IMG/VR virus record: IMGVR_UViG_3300031182_000006
Strand: one strand, 5' to 3'
DNA: 64,000 nucleotides
Origin: an uncultured virus (IMG/VR IMGVR_UViG_3300031182_000006)
Taxonomy: Duplodnaviria > Heunggongvirae > Uroviricota > Caudoviricetes
Shown here: positions 48,613 through 58,383 of the stretch, in pieces
How the letters are laid out: each line of letters opens with the position of its first letter
Position numbering within the stretch: position 1 is the first letter of the stretch
The notes under the pieces: model-generated
The model's input: the letters and a program-made list of their open reading frames with translations, nothing else
Databases searched by the model: none
What the model was told of the DNA's origin: nothing
Translations under genes and position numbers: made by a program

Positions 48613-51543
48613 TTAGATTTCTCTTTGTATTATGATTTTGTCGCGCATATTTAACTGTGTTTTGTTAATAATCTGTTTGTTTAATGAATGTATAATTGAT
48701 TTGTATCTAAATGTAAAATCATCTATCAGCTTTTTATATGCGGTAATGGATTTAAGTTTATCGTGTGTATTGAATGATTTGTCTTTACTGGTGAATGTAG
48801 CACTGAAACCTTGTTTTTCATAAAAACTTAAAATATCTCTAAATTCATCGCTAGTAATTATTTGATAAAGTTCATCTGCAATAACTTTGATTGATTCGTC
48901 TTTGAATAAAAAGTCCGATGTACTGCTCCTAAGTTTATCATAGATATTAAAGTCTTTATCCTTCAATGTAAACGATTCGCTGAATTTATATTTATCGGCA
49001 ACATCTAAATCTTCGCTAAATTTATTCTCTACACTTAAACTGTGTAAATCATCATTAAGTACTTTCAACGTCGAGTCTTTTAATGTGAACCCTACATTCA
49101 TAGATTTAATTATATCAAAAAAAGTCATCGGGTCTTTGTGCAAAATAGTACAGAGAAATTCTTGTCTTTCGTATGGGGATAAGATATCTTTTAAAAACAT
49201 AGTGACAAATAATCCGATATTATCGTTCAATTTAAGAAGATTTTTAAATTGTGATCTAACTTCTATATCATCTAAACCATCTTCCAACAATTGTTGGTCG
49301 GAGAGTTTAATATTAGAAGTCATATGAATAAAATCAAGTAATTCTAAGAAATCTTTTTCGCTCAATCCGGCACCAACCTTAACGCTATCTGCATATTTCA
49401 TAATGAGACCTGTATCTGTTTGTGCAAAAGTTTTGGTCATCGATTTGATCTTACCGATAACTCTAATCATATTGAAATATCTGCTATCAAGAAGATAAAG
49501 AATATTAAAGGATGTTAAGTCTGTGGTATAAGATTTAAAGAATCTTATCAATGTAACTGCTGCATTTAATAGCAAGCTATTAGATTCGTTGATAATATAG
49601 AGATATTTGAGGTCTGTTACCAATTGATTTAACCTGAAAAGAATATGCTCTACATATTCACCTATTAAATCAGTTTCAACTTCTTCTACAAATTGGGCCA
49701 TCATATGATCTCTATCCCACAAATATTCGATAAAAGTCTCAGCAACTTCTCCGTCACTTTTTCTAAACAAGTTTTCCATATGTTGAGTTACCATCAAAGT
49801 ATCATATAATTTACGATAAGCATGATACTCTTCTATTGTCTGAACTGAACTTAGTTTTTCGACAAGAAAATCGTTAAGATCTCGGATATTGGCATAGATT
49901 CTATTCACGTCTGCAGGAGTACTAATAGTTAGATTTTCCAAATATTTATTAATTTCAGAGTGGTCGAGATATTTATTGTTTCTGATTTCATTCCTAATAA
50001 TACGAAAATCTAAGTTAAAATTAAAGCCCATAACTGTGAGGGTTTTGCTAGGAGTATGAATAATATTACCGGCCATATTTGTTTTCTTGGCTATGAGAGC
50101 ACACAAAAGAACAGTTATATCGAAAAGATTTATATCCTTATCTTCGAACATTCGTGGGAGTTTAATAGTCACAGTATTTAATTCGTCTTTTTTATCGATG
50201 AGCATATTGAAAATATAAGATATTTCAAAAAGCATTTCCGTTAATTTGTACATGACATTCATGCTTAAGTATTTGGATTCGATAAAGTTAAATTCGCTCT
50301 CGTAGATAGTTTTCTTAAGCTCATCGTCTTCGTCCCACCAATAAGGGTCTTCAATAACAACCTGGGTGTAATCCAGGATATTAGTATTATCTGACAAAGC
50401 TAAGGCGAGATTCCTTTCTCGCAGTTCTACAGATTGGAAGAAGAGTTTATACATAGTTTCATAATCGGGAACAATTTTAACACCATCTTCGGTGACGATT
50501 TCTTTGGTTGCGAAAATAGGATTACCTTGGTCATCAAATCTATGCTCTTTAAACAAAAAGTATTTATAGATCTTTATGTTATCTAATCCAAGGAGTGAGC
50601 AGATATCATAAAGGACTTTATCTGTACCCTTATAACGCAAAAGAGTATTAAGGTTGCGAATGAGAATTCTCTGATAGTCAATGGGTAGATTTTGAATAAA
50701 CGGAACTCTATACGCATCAAAAATCATTTTAATAGAAGCAAGGTCATAGAAATCGTATTCAATACCATATTTGAAGGTGTTTGAAATAAGTCTTTGGATG
50801 GTCATAACCATTATCATCATTGCGATAAAATTATCATAGTACTCATACTGCTTACCAAAGTTTCTATTATAAATAACTGACATATAGTATTCCCGACATT
50901 GGTTATACGTGGTATTGAAATCCTCATTAAACGCATCAGGAATATCATTCGTCATACGCAGAATGGTGAAATTCTTGGCCGAACGAGCAAAAACGATACT
51001 TATCGCATTTTTACCCAAATAATTAAGATATTTCTTAGTTGGGTTGGCTTCAATGATTGGTTTTAAATACCCGTTAGATTCCAATAAGCTAATTTCTTCA
51101 TTAGTATATTCATGAATTGGCGTATTAGGATTGAGGCCGAGTTCAATGCAGATATCTGTATCTACATAAATAAAATTGATATCTTCGATATCTGGCTTAC
51201 CGTTGAGCATCCTATAATAATTATTCTTTTCGACATAAGAATCGACAATAATTTTTCTCTGCTCTTCAACAACTCGATCTCGCAAAGATCTAGGGATTAA
51301 GTATTTATCATTGACATATTTGATCGCCAAGTCTATATCAGACACACCGGCATTAATAATAGCCTGAAGATCAAATCTCTGATATGTGTTAAAAGAATCC
51401 ATTTTCTGGGCTGCGTAAAGATAAAGGTCGGATTCTCTTTTAGAATCAACTGTCTCAAACTGTCTTGCCTTATTTTCATATTTAACCGTAATGCTATTGA
51501 TAATCTTTCTAAGATCTCTAAATATGGAATCGATTAATTGCAT
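48613..51543 (-). CDS. large virion protein, baseplate wedge-like
   Basis: 976 aa, EKNNYYRML and LLRYKGT motifs, late-type promoter motif. Confidence 0.65.
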   Translation of the reverse strand: MQLIDSIFRDLRKIINSITVKYENKARQFETVDSKRESDLYLYAAQKMDSFNTYQRFDLQAIINAGVSDIDLAIKYVNDKYLIPRSLRDRVVEEQRKIIVDSYVEKNNYYRMLNGKPDIEDINFIYVDTDICIELGLNPNTPIHEYTNEEISLLESNGYLKPIIEANPTKKYLNYLGKNAISIVFARSAKNFTILRMTNDIPDAFNEDFNTTYNQCREYYMSVIYNRNFGKQYEYYDNFIAMMIMVMTIQRLISNTFKYGIEYDFYDLASIKMIFDAYRVPFIQNLPIDYQRILIRNLNTLLRYKGTDKVLYDICSLLGLDNIKIYKYFLFKEHRFDDQGNPIFATKEIVTEDGVKIVPDYETMYKLFFQSVELRERNLALALSDNTNILDYTQVVIEDPYWWDEDDELKKTIYESEFNFIESKYLSMNVMYKLTEMLFEISYIFNMLIDKKDELNTVTIKLPRMFEDKDINLFDITVLLCALIAKKTNMAGNIIHTPSKTLTVMGFNFNLDFRIIRNEIRNNKYLDHSEINKYLENLTISTPADVNRIYANIRDLNDFLVEKLSSVQTIEEYHAYRKLYDTLMVTQHMENLFRKSDGEVAETFIEYLWDRDHMMAQFVEEVETDLIGEYVEHILFRLNQLVTDLKYLYIINESNSLLLNAAVTLIRFFKSYTTDLTSFNILYLLDSRYFNMIRVIGKIKSMTKTFAQTDTGLIMKYADSVKVGAGLSEKDFLELLDFIHMTSNIKLSDQQLLEDGLDDIEVRSQFKNLLKLNDNIGLFVTMFLKDILSPYERQEFLCTILHKDPMTFFDIIKSMNVGFTLKDSTLKVLNDDLHSLSVENKFSEDLDVADKYKFSESFTLKDKDFNIYDKLRSSTSDFLFKDESIKVIADELYQIITSDEFRDILSFYEKQGFSATFTSKDKSFNTHDKLKSITAYKKLIDDFTFRYKSIIHSLNKQIINKTQLNMRDKIIIQREI

Positions 51544-51572
51544 GAAATCATCTCCTTCCTAAATACTACTAA

Positions 51573-51594
51573 AACATTATATTAACCTAATGTA
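51573..51594. promoter_or_regulatory. overlapping divergent WACW-N6-TA promoters
   Basis: AACA-ttatat-TA-acctaa-TGTA; both strands use the TA at 51583-51584. Confidence 0.55.
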
Positions 51595-51630
51595 GAATAA
51601 ATATTTTTACTGTAAGGGGGACGATGAAAC

Positions 51631-52272
51631 ATGTTTGACAATATCCCAAACATAAATTTTAAGAAAACAAGCAGAAATCCCACGATCGACTCAGCCGATA
51701 GTAACTACGAGCTCCCCTTCTATAAAGATATTGATTATTTTTCCAATATAGATAATTTTGTCAACTTTATTAATGCTACCAAGAGAATGGTCAGAAGATC
51801 TAAAGATTATGATATGTACAAAGCTTATATTATAAATGAAGTTGGCCTCGAAAGATGTCAGGTTCTTTCTAATGTTGAGGGTGATGACAACGTCGATATT
51901 GAAATGCATCATGGACCCATTCTTACACTTTTCGACGTGTTGCAAATAATGGCCGACCATCTCCTGAATAACGGAGAAAAATTAACCACATTCGATCTCG
52001 CCGATCTGTGCTTGGAAGAGCACTTTAATAATAATATCCAGGTTGTTATGTTATCTAAAACTGTTCATGAGCAGGTACATGAAGGAAACATTTTCATCAA
52101 CTTTAAACAAGGTTTTGGTGATATTAATACGTTTCTCCGTAAATATAAAGACGGAATAAGTAAAGAACACATCAATAAAATTCAAGCATATATTGATAAA
52201 TCAAAACAATATGACAGTTTTGATAATGGCGTTCTCAAACTTTCCGGTTTTGTTAAAAACTGGAATGAATAA
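51631..52272 (+). CDS. His-rich HNH-like protein, paralog of 61872..62540
   Basis: IEMHHGP.LTLFD...LSKTVHEQVH. Confidence 0.65.
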   Translation: MFDNIPNINFKKTSRNPTIDSADSNYELPFYKDIDYFSNIDNFVNFINATKRMVRRSKDYDMYKAYIINEVGLERCQVLSNVEGDDNVDIEMHHGPILTLFDVLQIMADHLLNNGEKLTTFDLADLCLEEHFNNNIQVVMLSKTVHEQVHEGNIFINFKQGFGDINTFLRKYKDGISKEHINKIQAYIDKSKQYDSFDNGVLKLSGFVKNWNE

Positions 52273-52284
52273 AAAAGAAAGGGT

Positions 52285-52674
52285 TTGGTGAGCACCCATA
52301 TGGAAAGAATTTACATTCTCACAGCATTATTTATTTTATTTGCAATTTTAGGTTTATTTATTCTTCGTCCACAGAGACAAAAGGAAAGTCCTACCATGGA
52401 GTATGAGCTTCTGATGGCTATTCTCGAAACAACTATTCAGAGAGAAATTAAAGTGAAAATGGATGATTACACCCTCCGGGGTGTTAAATTCCCCTCTGAT
52501 TACATGGAAGAAGTGCGTGAAGTCTGTCAGCGTATTGTAAGAGGAATCAGTCCTTTTATGTGGGAAGAACTTGAATTCTTTCACCCTAGAAAATACATTT
52601 TAGACAAGATAAATAAGGATGTACAACAATTCTTTATCACTTTCATTCGTGAGAATAAGCCTATAACAAGATAA
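52285..52674 (+). CDS. membrane-anchored hypothetical protein
   Basis: N-terminal TM helix; likely ATG at 52300 with GGTGA RBS. Confidence 0.65.
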   Translation: MVSTHMERIYILTALFILFAILGLFILRPQRQKESPTMEYELLMAILETTIQREIKVKMDDYTLRGVKFPSDYMEEVREVCQRIVRGISPFMWEELEFFHPRKYILDKINKDVQQFFITFIRENKPITR

Positions 52675-52715
52675 AAAAAATAAATGCCTAACCATATGGT
52701 TAGGCATTTATCTTT

Positions 52716-53243
52716 TTAGTACGTAAGCATGAATGAATCCATGACGTCATTGAATTTTCGAGCAATGACGTGAATGTTAGACGGAATCATGACCTGATAC
52801 GTTTCCATTTCCAGGTCACGATCAGTCAGACTGCGCACCGGTCTAGCCCGGATTCCATACTCCTTATGCAGGAAAGTGAAGATATAGGAGATCGTCTTTC
52901 TGTCGTCCCACCGGCGAGAATGGAAATTCGGTTTACAATTGAACCGATCTCCATATTCGTTTATGTGTTCCCAGTTTTGACGAACAGAAATGAAGAATTC
53001 GATGAACGTCTTGGCAAGAGCTGCATTGTTTTTGAAGAGCTCGTTCTCGATACCGATAAGTGAATATTGTGTATCAACTTCATTCATGGCCGGCTCTGTG
53101 TACATACCGACATCCTTAATTTCAACCCTGTTGTCGACCGCAAAATCGAAAATCTTGCGATCAATGTTACTCTCATACGCCCTACTGCCAACCACCGTAG
53201 GGTCTTTTGCGATGACGAGAAAGACTTTGGTTGCCATTTTCAA
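52716..53243 (-). CDS. hypothetical early protein
   Basis: 175 aa, AAGGAG RBS, TATATATTAT at 53282-53291. Confidence 0.65.
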   Translation of the reverse strand: MKMATKVFLVIAKDPTVVGSRAYESNIDRKIFDFAVDNRVEIKDVGMYTEPAMNEVDTQYSLIGIENELFKNNAALAKTFIEFFISVRQNWEHINEYGDRFNCKPNFHSRRWDDRKTISYIFTFLHKEYGIRARPVRSLTDRDLEMETYQVMIPSNIHVIARKFNDVMDSFMLTY

Positions 53244-53305
53244 ATCGCTCCTTATTTATTTTATAAATAATATTCGGTTTTATAATATATATTTCAATTT
53301 CCAAT

Positions 53306-54061
53306 CTATACCAAAATACTTATGAGTGGTATTAAATATCTATTGAAATTGTAATTAATATTTATTTTATTAATGTCTCTTACATCCATTGCTCCAATAC
53401 TTTCGTTGAAAAGACTCTCGTTAAGTCTAAAAAGAGACTGTCCATTCAGTTCCCGATAGAAGCCCAAATCGAGAGTCTTATTCTTATATTCTTCAATAAA
53501 ACTCCTTAGAAGGGTAATAACTTTCTTTCTCGATGATATCTCATTCATTTTAAAGAAATTGTGTAGAAAATCAAGCATGTATGGTTTATGGAGTTCCAAT
53601 AATTCATCTTTTATTCCTTTAACATGAATGTCATGATTTTTATTATAATAAAATTCATATTTATTCAAATAATAATACGAAGTGTAAAAATTCTTCTCAA
53701 CGAATTTAATGTTATCAAACTCTGTGTTACTACAACGTTTCAGGGAAATTACTGCGTCTTTCTTGATAGATAAAACATCGTCTGACTCTAAGCTATTACT
53801 TTCAAAAAACCAACGTCGCACTTCAACGAATTTCTCATTAAGAGCTTTACCAAATTCTTTATCGGCTTTAATATATAAACCTATCTGGATGGCTCTATGT
53901 TGTTTAGATAGGCGATCCAAATATTTTATTCTTTCCTCACTCAATAACTTAAAACGCTTCACAAGGTTAAATCCTGCTTCCTGTATATCATATTCGATTA
54001 TTTCATTCGATATCAAATATGGAATATCTTTATTTAAATAATTATGTTTTTTATATAACAT
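53306..54061 (-). CDS. hypothetical protein, possible polymerase palm-like domain
   Basis: IIEYDIQEAG and SIKKDAV resemble polymerase motifs A and C. Confidence 0.45.
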   Translation of the reverse strand: MLYKKHNYLNKDIPYLISNEIIEYDIQEAGFNLVKRFKLLSEERIKYLDRLSKQHRAIQIGLYIKADKEFGKALNEKFVEVRRWFFESNSLESDDVLSIKKDAVISLKRCSNTEFDNIKFVEKNFYTSYYYLNKYEFYYNKNHDIHVKGIKDELLELHKPYMLDFLHNFFKMNEISSRKKVITLLRSFIEEYKNKTLDLGFYRELNGQSLFRLNESLFNESIGAMDVRDINKININYNFNRYLIPLISILV

Positions 54062-54078
54062 TGGGAATCCTCTCCCGC

Positions 54079-54612
54079 TTAAGAAGTAGATGTCGCCACA
54101 CCGCCATTTATAAAATTATCTAATATGTTAGTCACAAATTTCATATAATCCTCTCGGAATTTATAATCTCTCGAATGGAGATCCGTATCAAAGATTCTAA
54201 CAGACCTCTCCTCCATATAAAGTTGATAATTCTTAGGTTTCATTTCCGTTATTAAAAATATTCTGCCTTTATATGTATAGAAAGGTATAGAATCCCTCAA
54301 GACAAAATATTCTCTTGAAGGTCTTAAGAAACCAATGACCCTAGCCTTATCCTCTACAGTAATAAGTTCATTTTGAATATATCTAAGAAATTTGAATATA
54401 AAAAGAGTTTTATTATTTAAAAATTCCGCTTTTATAATGATATTTTCTTTAGTCGCTTCCATTTCTCTCAATTTAATATTCTCTTCCCTTGTTAATAACT
54501 GCGTCAATTCAATAAACCTACCCAATGTATATTTATCTTTATCAGGATACACATTTATCATAAAAAAAGGATTTATCATATTAATTGAATCTTTAATAGG
54601 TTCATTTTTCAT
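54079..54612 (-). CDS. hypothetical protein, paralog of 54658..55182
   Basis: shared P.KDKY, FYTYKG.IF, I.DTD..Y.F..DY. Confidence 0.7.
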   Translation of the reverse strand: MKNEPIKDSINMINPFFMINVYPDKDKYTLGRFIELTQLLTREENIKLREMEATKENIIIKAEFLNNKTLFIFKFLRYIQNELITVEDKARVIGFLRPSREYFVLRDSIPFYTYKGRIFLITEMKPKNYQLYMEERSVRIFDTDLHSRDYKFREDYMKFVTNILDNFINGGVATSTS

Positions 54613-54657
54613 GAAAAAATTCCTCCTGTGATGATGGATAATTATTAATTTTTACCA

Positions 54658-55182
54658 TTACTTATTTTTCTCCACTGAGTCTATAAATTCATTAAATATT
54701 TTCGGAATGTAATCTTTATAATCATCCTCAAAAATATATTCTTTCATACGATTATCTGTGTCCCAAATTTCAACTCGTTGTGTTTTAAACAAAGAATGAT
54801 CAGATCTTTCTTTCTTCACTATAAATATTTTTCCTTTATAAGTATAAAAATAAATTACATCTCCTGAATACATGTAGCTTTCAGGCAGTAAAAGACCAAT
54901 AAATTTAGCTGCTTCTTCCGATAATAAGAACTGATCCTGGATAAAATTAAGAACTTTAAACAGAGATTCAATTTCTTTAATTAAAGTGCCCTCTACAATC
55001 ATATCATCTTGGCTAGTATCAACCCTATTTGAACCAATACCGCTTTCTGTTTTCAATAAATCAATTAATTTTGTCACATTTCTTTGGTTATATTTATCCT
55101 TACTCGGGAAAAATTTAATAAAGAACGAAGGAAACGATCTGTTCTCTGTAGATGGTTCGAAATTATACTTCATAAATAACAC
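54658..55182 (-). CDS. hypothetical protein
   Basis: paralog of 54079..54612. Confidence 0.7.
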   Translation of the reverse strand: MLFMKYNFEPSTENRSFPSFFIKFFPSKDKYNQRNVTKLIDLLKTESGIGSNRVDTSQDDMIVEGTLIKEIESLFKVLNFIQDQFLLSEEAAKFIGLLLPESYMYSGDVIYFYTYKGKIFIVKKERSDHSLFKTQRVEIWDTDNRMKEYIFEDDYKDYIPKIFNEFIDSVEKNK

Positions 55183-55287
55183 ACTCCTTCTACATTCCTT
55201 ATTAGTCGATTGTTTTTTGAACCGTTAAATTCAAATATTGCGTATAAATAATATCTATTTCTTTTGTATTTTAATTAACAGTAAAAT

Positions 55288-55347
55288 AAGGGTGCTCACC
55301 CACCTTAGAATCGTGTAGGGACCTTAAATAGGACCTACACGGTTTTT
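55288..55347 (+). ncRNA. candidate small RNA of about 60 nt
   Basis: AACA-N6-TA at 55277-55288, then cgtgtagg/cctacacg terminator with T-run; no ORF. Confidence 0.5.
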
Positions 55348-55397
55348 AATTTTTTACAAAAAAATAAACCTTCGTAAAGAAGGTCTATGTATAGATA

Positions 55398-55913
55398 CTA
55401 ATCCGCTATCCATTCAATATTCTTTACTCTCATTTCCATTTCAAAATGTATCCTAAAAATATCCTCCTGAGTTAAGTTCAGTCTTTCCATATTTTCTTCT
55501 AGTATTTGTGCGGTCTCTCTAAGTGCCAGTATAGCATTTTCAAAACCTATAATCTTAGCCGCAACAGCATCTGCTTCCAACTCGTCTCTAGATACTCGTC
55601 CTTCGATTCTTGCTTTTTCTCTCTCGTCTCTAATATAACTATCATCGACATGACCTAACGTATTATGCGCTAATTCATGAAAGATAACAAACCTTAAGAA
55701 ATTTTCCGAATAAAGATTGGAGAATTCTTCATCGATAAAGACACCCATGGAAAGTGCAAAGAAAGGATTATTGAATAACTTTAAAGAAGGACCTACAAAT
55801 ACGGGAGCTGAATAATTACTATATTCCTTAAACTTCTCAGAATTGATGATCGCTATATCATATTTAGAACCTAAAACTTTCTCATATGTTTTTTGCATCA
55901 TTAACACCTCCAA
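55398..55913 (-). CDS. zinc metallopeptidase-like protein
   Basis: HELAH and downstream ELEAD. Confidence 0.75.
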   Translation of the reverse strand: MEVLMMQKTYEKVLGSKYDIAIINSEKFKEYSNYSAPVFVGPSLKLFNNPFFALSMGVFIDEEFSNLYSENFLRFVIFHELAHNTLGHVDDSYIRDEREKARIEGRVSRDELEADAVAAKIIGFENAILALRETAQILEENMERLNLTQEDIFRIHFEMEMRVKNIEWIAD

Positions 55914-56022
55914 AATTTTATTTATTATCGTATATCAAATTTATAATGTGTAATCGTCTATTCAAAAAAGACGAAAAAAATAAGAGTCGTAGTATATACT
56001 ACGACTCTTATTTTCCATTCGA

Positions 56023-56694
56023 TCAGGATGCAATTTTCTTGAGGATCTTTTTGATGAGTTTCTTCTTGCCCATATCCTCATCAACCTTGATCCTCTTATC
56101 GGCAGCAATCTTTCGAAGCTCTTTTCTACTGAGCTTCTCAAGTTTCTTCCGAATTTTATCTTTGTCGATATCAGCATTGAGCTGAACACCGTGGCGTTCC
56201 ATGGATTCGAACTTACGACCGAGAATCTTAGTCACTTCATCTTTGTTCTTGATGCTTCCAGCTTTCTCAGGTCCTTTTTCCAGGTACTTATCCCACGAAT
56301 ACGTCTTAAGTTGATACGTTGCTTCAATGTATTCACAGAGAAGCTTGACGTATTTTCTTTCCCATTCCGACTTCGAGCACAGAATGACAACCTTCATGTC
56401 ATATACGACAGCTGCTTTGACCATAACCGAGATAAACGCCTCGACTTCCGGATCTTGCAGCTGATTCATATATGCCTTCTTATAAGGTTTACTTTCCCCA
56501 CTCACATAAAGGCTGATTACTGACGGAGTTGGAATGAGACGAGGGAAGCTCATGATGTTTTTCGGTTTATTCTCAATGTCTTTGATCTTGATGTCTTCGC
56601 TAATGAGAATAAACTGATACTCGTCGGTATTCTTCACATTCGGAAGAAACTCTTTAAAGAACTTCTTCGAGTTCATTCTGATAATTACACCCAT
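56023..56694 (-). CDS. hypothetical protein with basic C-terminal helical domain
   Basis: 223 aa; LEKLSRKELRKIA...KKKLIKKIL resembles Rho-N/HeH-type folds. Confidence 0.6.
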   Translation of the reverse strand: MGVIIRMNSKKFFKEFLPNVKNTDEYQFILISEDIKIKDIENKPKNIMSFPRLIPTPSVISLYVSGESKPYKKAYMNQLQDPEVEAFISVMVKAAVVYDMKVVILCSKSEWERKYVKLLCEYIEATYQLKTYSWDKYLEKGPEKAGSIKNKDEVTKILGRKFESMERHGVQLNADIDKDKIRKKLEKLSRKELRKIAADKRIKVDEDMGKKKLIKKILKKIAS

Positions 56695-58355
56695 TGGTTT
56701 TTACCTCCACGATTGAATTTATTGTTAAGTCTATCACGATCTGCTCGCTCTTGAAGATCTTCATACTCGTCTTCATATTTGTTTTGAGACTCGTCGTCTT
56801 GTTCGTCAGTTAAACCACCAAGAGCTTGAAGTTCCCGACGAAGTTTTTCTGCCTCATCTTCTTCATCGGATTGAACCTCCTCCGAGGGATCTTCCTGGGG
56901 TTCAGTATCCTCATTTTCAGATGCCGGCTCGGAAGAATCCACATCTTCCTCTTCCGTGGTCTCAGCTTGCTCTTCTTCAGGCGTTTCGTCAACAGTTACA
57001 TCTTCGTCACCACCATCTTTGTTTTCAGTCGCAACAGGTGCCGATTCATTTTGCACTTCTTCAGACGATTCATCCTTTTTCGGCTCCTCTACAGCTACGA
57101 CTTTCGTCTCCTCAGTGCTCTGAACGGTAACATTCCCGTCGCTAATCTGGGTAGTTTTCGTATGTTCGACCACTACCGTCGGCACAGGTTCAGTTTGTTT
57201 ACCACTCTTTGCGGAGGAGATTTTCTTAAGGTCTTCCATTGCGCGCTCATATGCGTCTTCAGGGTCAACATGAAATTGCTGCCGGTATCGAGGACCCTGG
57301 TTTTGGTTACCATGTGGTGGCTTCCGTTCTTGTTGTTTTTGCTCTTCCACCAGCTTCTTCAATTTCACTTTGTCAGTTATTTCTACACTGTTTCGATAAA
57401 CCTTTACTTGATACTGGTTTCCATTTTCCGCCGGTCGGTTAATGGTGGGAGTATCAACGCGTCTCATACTCTTCAAGAGTTCGAGGGTGTTGTCGTATGC
57501 GTCTCCTTCTCTCCCGGAATTGAATTCGCCAGGTCTTCCTTGGTTCATCTCTTCTTCCTCCTCTACATCGTCTTTGGGAGTGAAATACTTGGAGGGCTTT
57601 TCCTCCCTCCTGGTGGTAGTTTCACTCGCCGTTTCAAACTCTCCGACTTCACTTGTGAGTTTGAAACTCATTTCCTTTGCTATAATGTTTTCTTGCATTT
57701 CTTGTTCAAATGGTATCATTCTCCTTAGGTCTTCAAATTTATACTTTTTGCCGCACTTCGGACAAACCATTTCATAGAAATTGACATCGTAATCGAGAAT
57801 GGTCTGATCGTTACGGCAAATAATCTGCTCTGGATTCACCCTATAAATATGGGCGAAGTCCAGAATCACAAGCTTACCGTCATCTCTATACCCCCAGTTA
57901 AGAAAGTTCTTCGTAACGGCACCCACGTCTCCCAACAAATAGGTTTCCGCAAGTACCGCCAAGATCTGTCTCACCTCATCAATCCGTTCAATGAATTCTT
58001 CCCGAGAGATTACCGTCACATATTCATGAACAGAAATGAGGTCATTAGTTTCATAAGTTTTAACTACAAATGGCTGAAGCTCTTTGGATAATTTAAACTC
58101 GTTTACATTATCACGTTTACCTTGTTGGTCAAACGCAATTTTGAAAACGAAGTTGTCGATAAGGATCGCCATCCGGTTTGTACCTGGACCAAGCTCGGCA
58201 TGATCAATACCATGCTTGTTCAGAACATTGAGAATCATGTCTGCTTTGACATTGTTGTTCCCAATTGTTCTGTCCATACAAATCCGGTCGAGATCCACCA
58301 ATGCTTCAGGAGTAAAATATTGGTGTATTCTACTACGAAGTCTTTTGGTTGGCAT
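56685..58355 (-). CDS. protein kinase-like domain with Zn ribbon and acidic tail
   Basis: LGPGTNR, VFKIA, NVNE, D..N, ILDFA; CRND...CPKC; E/D-rich C-terminus. Confidence 0.7.
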   Translation of the reverse strand: MPTKRLRSRIHQYFTPEALVDLDRICMDRTIGNNNVKADMILNVLNKHGIDHAELGPGTNRMAILIDNFVFKIAFDQQGKRDNVNEFKLSKELQPFVVKTYETNDLISVHEYVTVISREEFIERIDEVRQILAVLAETYLLGDVGAVTKNFLNWGYRDDGKLVILDFAHIYRVNPEQIICRNDQTILDYDVNFYEMVCPKCGKKYKFEDLRRMIPFEQEMQENIIAKEMSFKLTSEVGEFETASETTTRREEKPSKYFTPKDDVEEEEEMNQGRPGEFNSGREGDAYDNTLELLKSMRRVDTPTINRPAENGNQYQVKVYRNSVEITDKVKLKKLVEEQKQQERKPPHGNQNQGPRYRQQFHVDPEDAYERAMEDLKKISSAKSGKQTEPVPTVVVEHTKTTQISDGNVTVQSTEETKVVAVEEPKKDESSEEVQNESAPVATENKDGGDEDVTVDETPEEEQAETTEEEDVDSSEPASENEDTEPQEDPSEEVQSDEEDEAEKLRRELQALGGLTDEQDDESQNKYEDEYEDLQERADRDRLNNKFNRGGKNQWV

Positions 58356-58383
58356 CTATCTCACCTTTTCTTAGTTTTATTTT

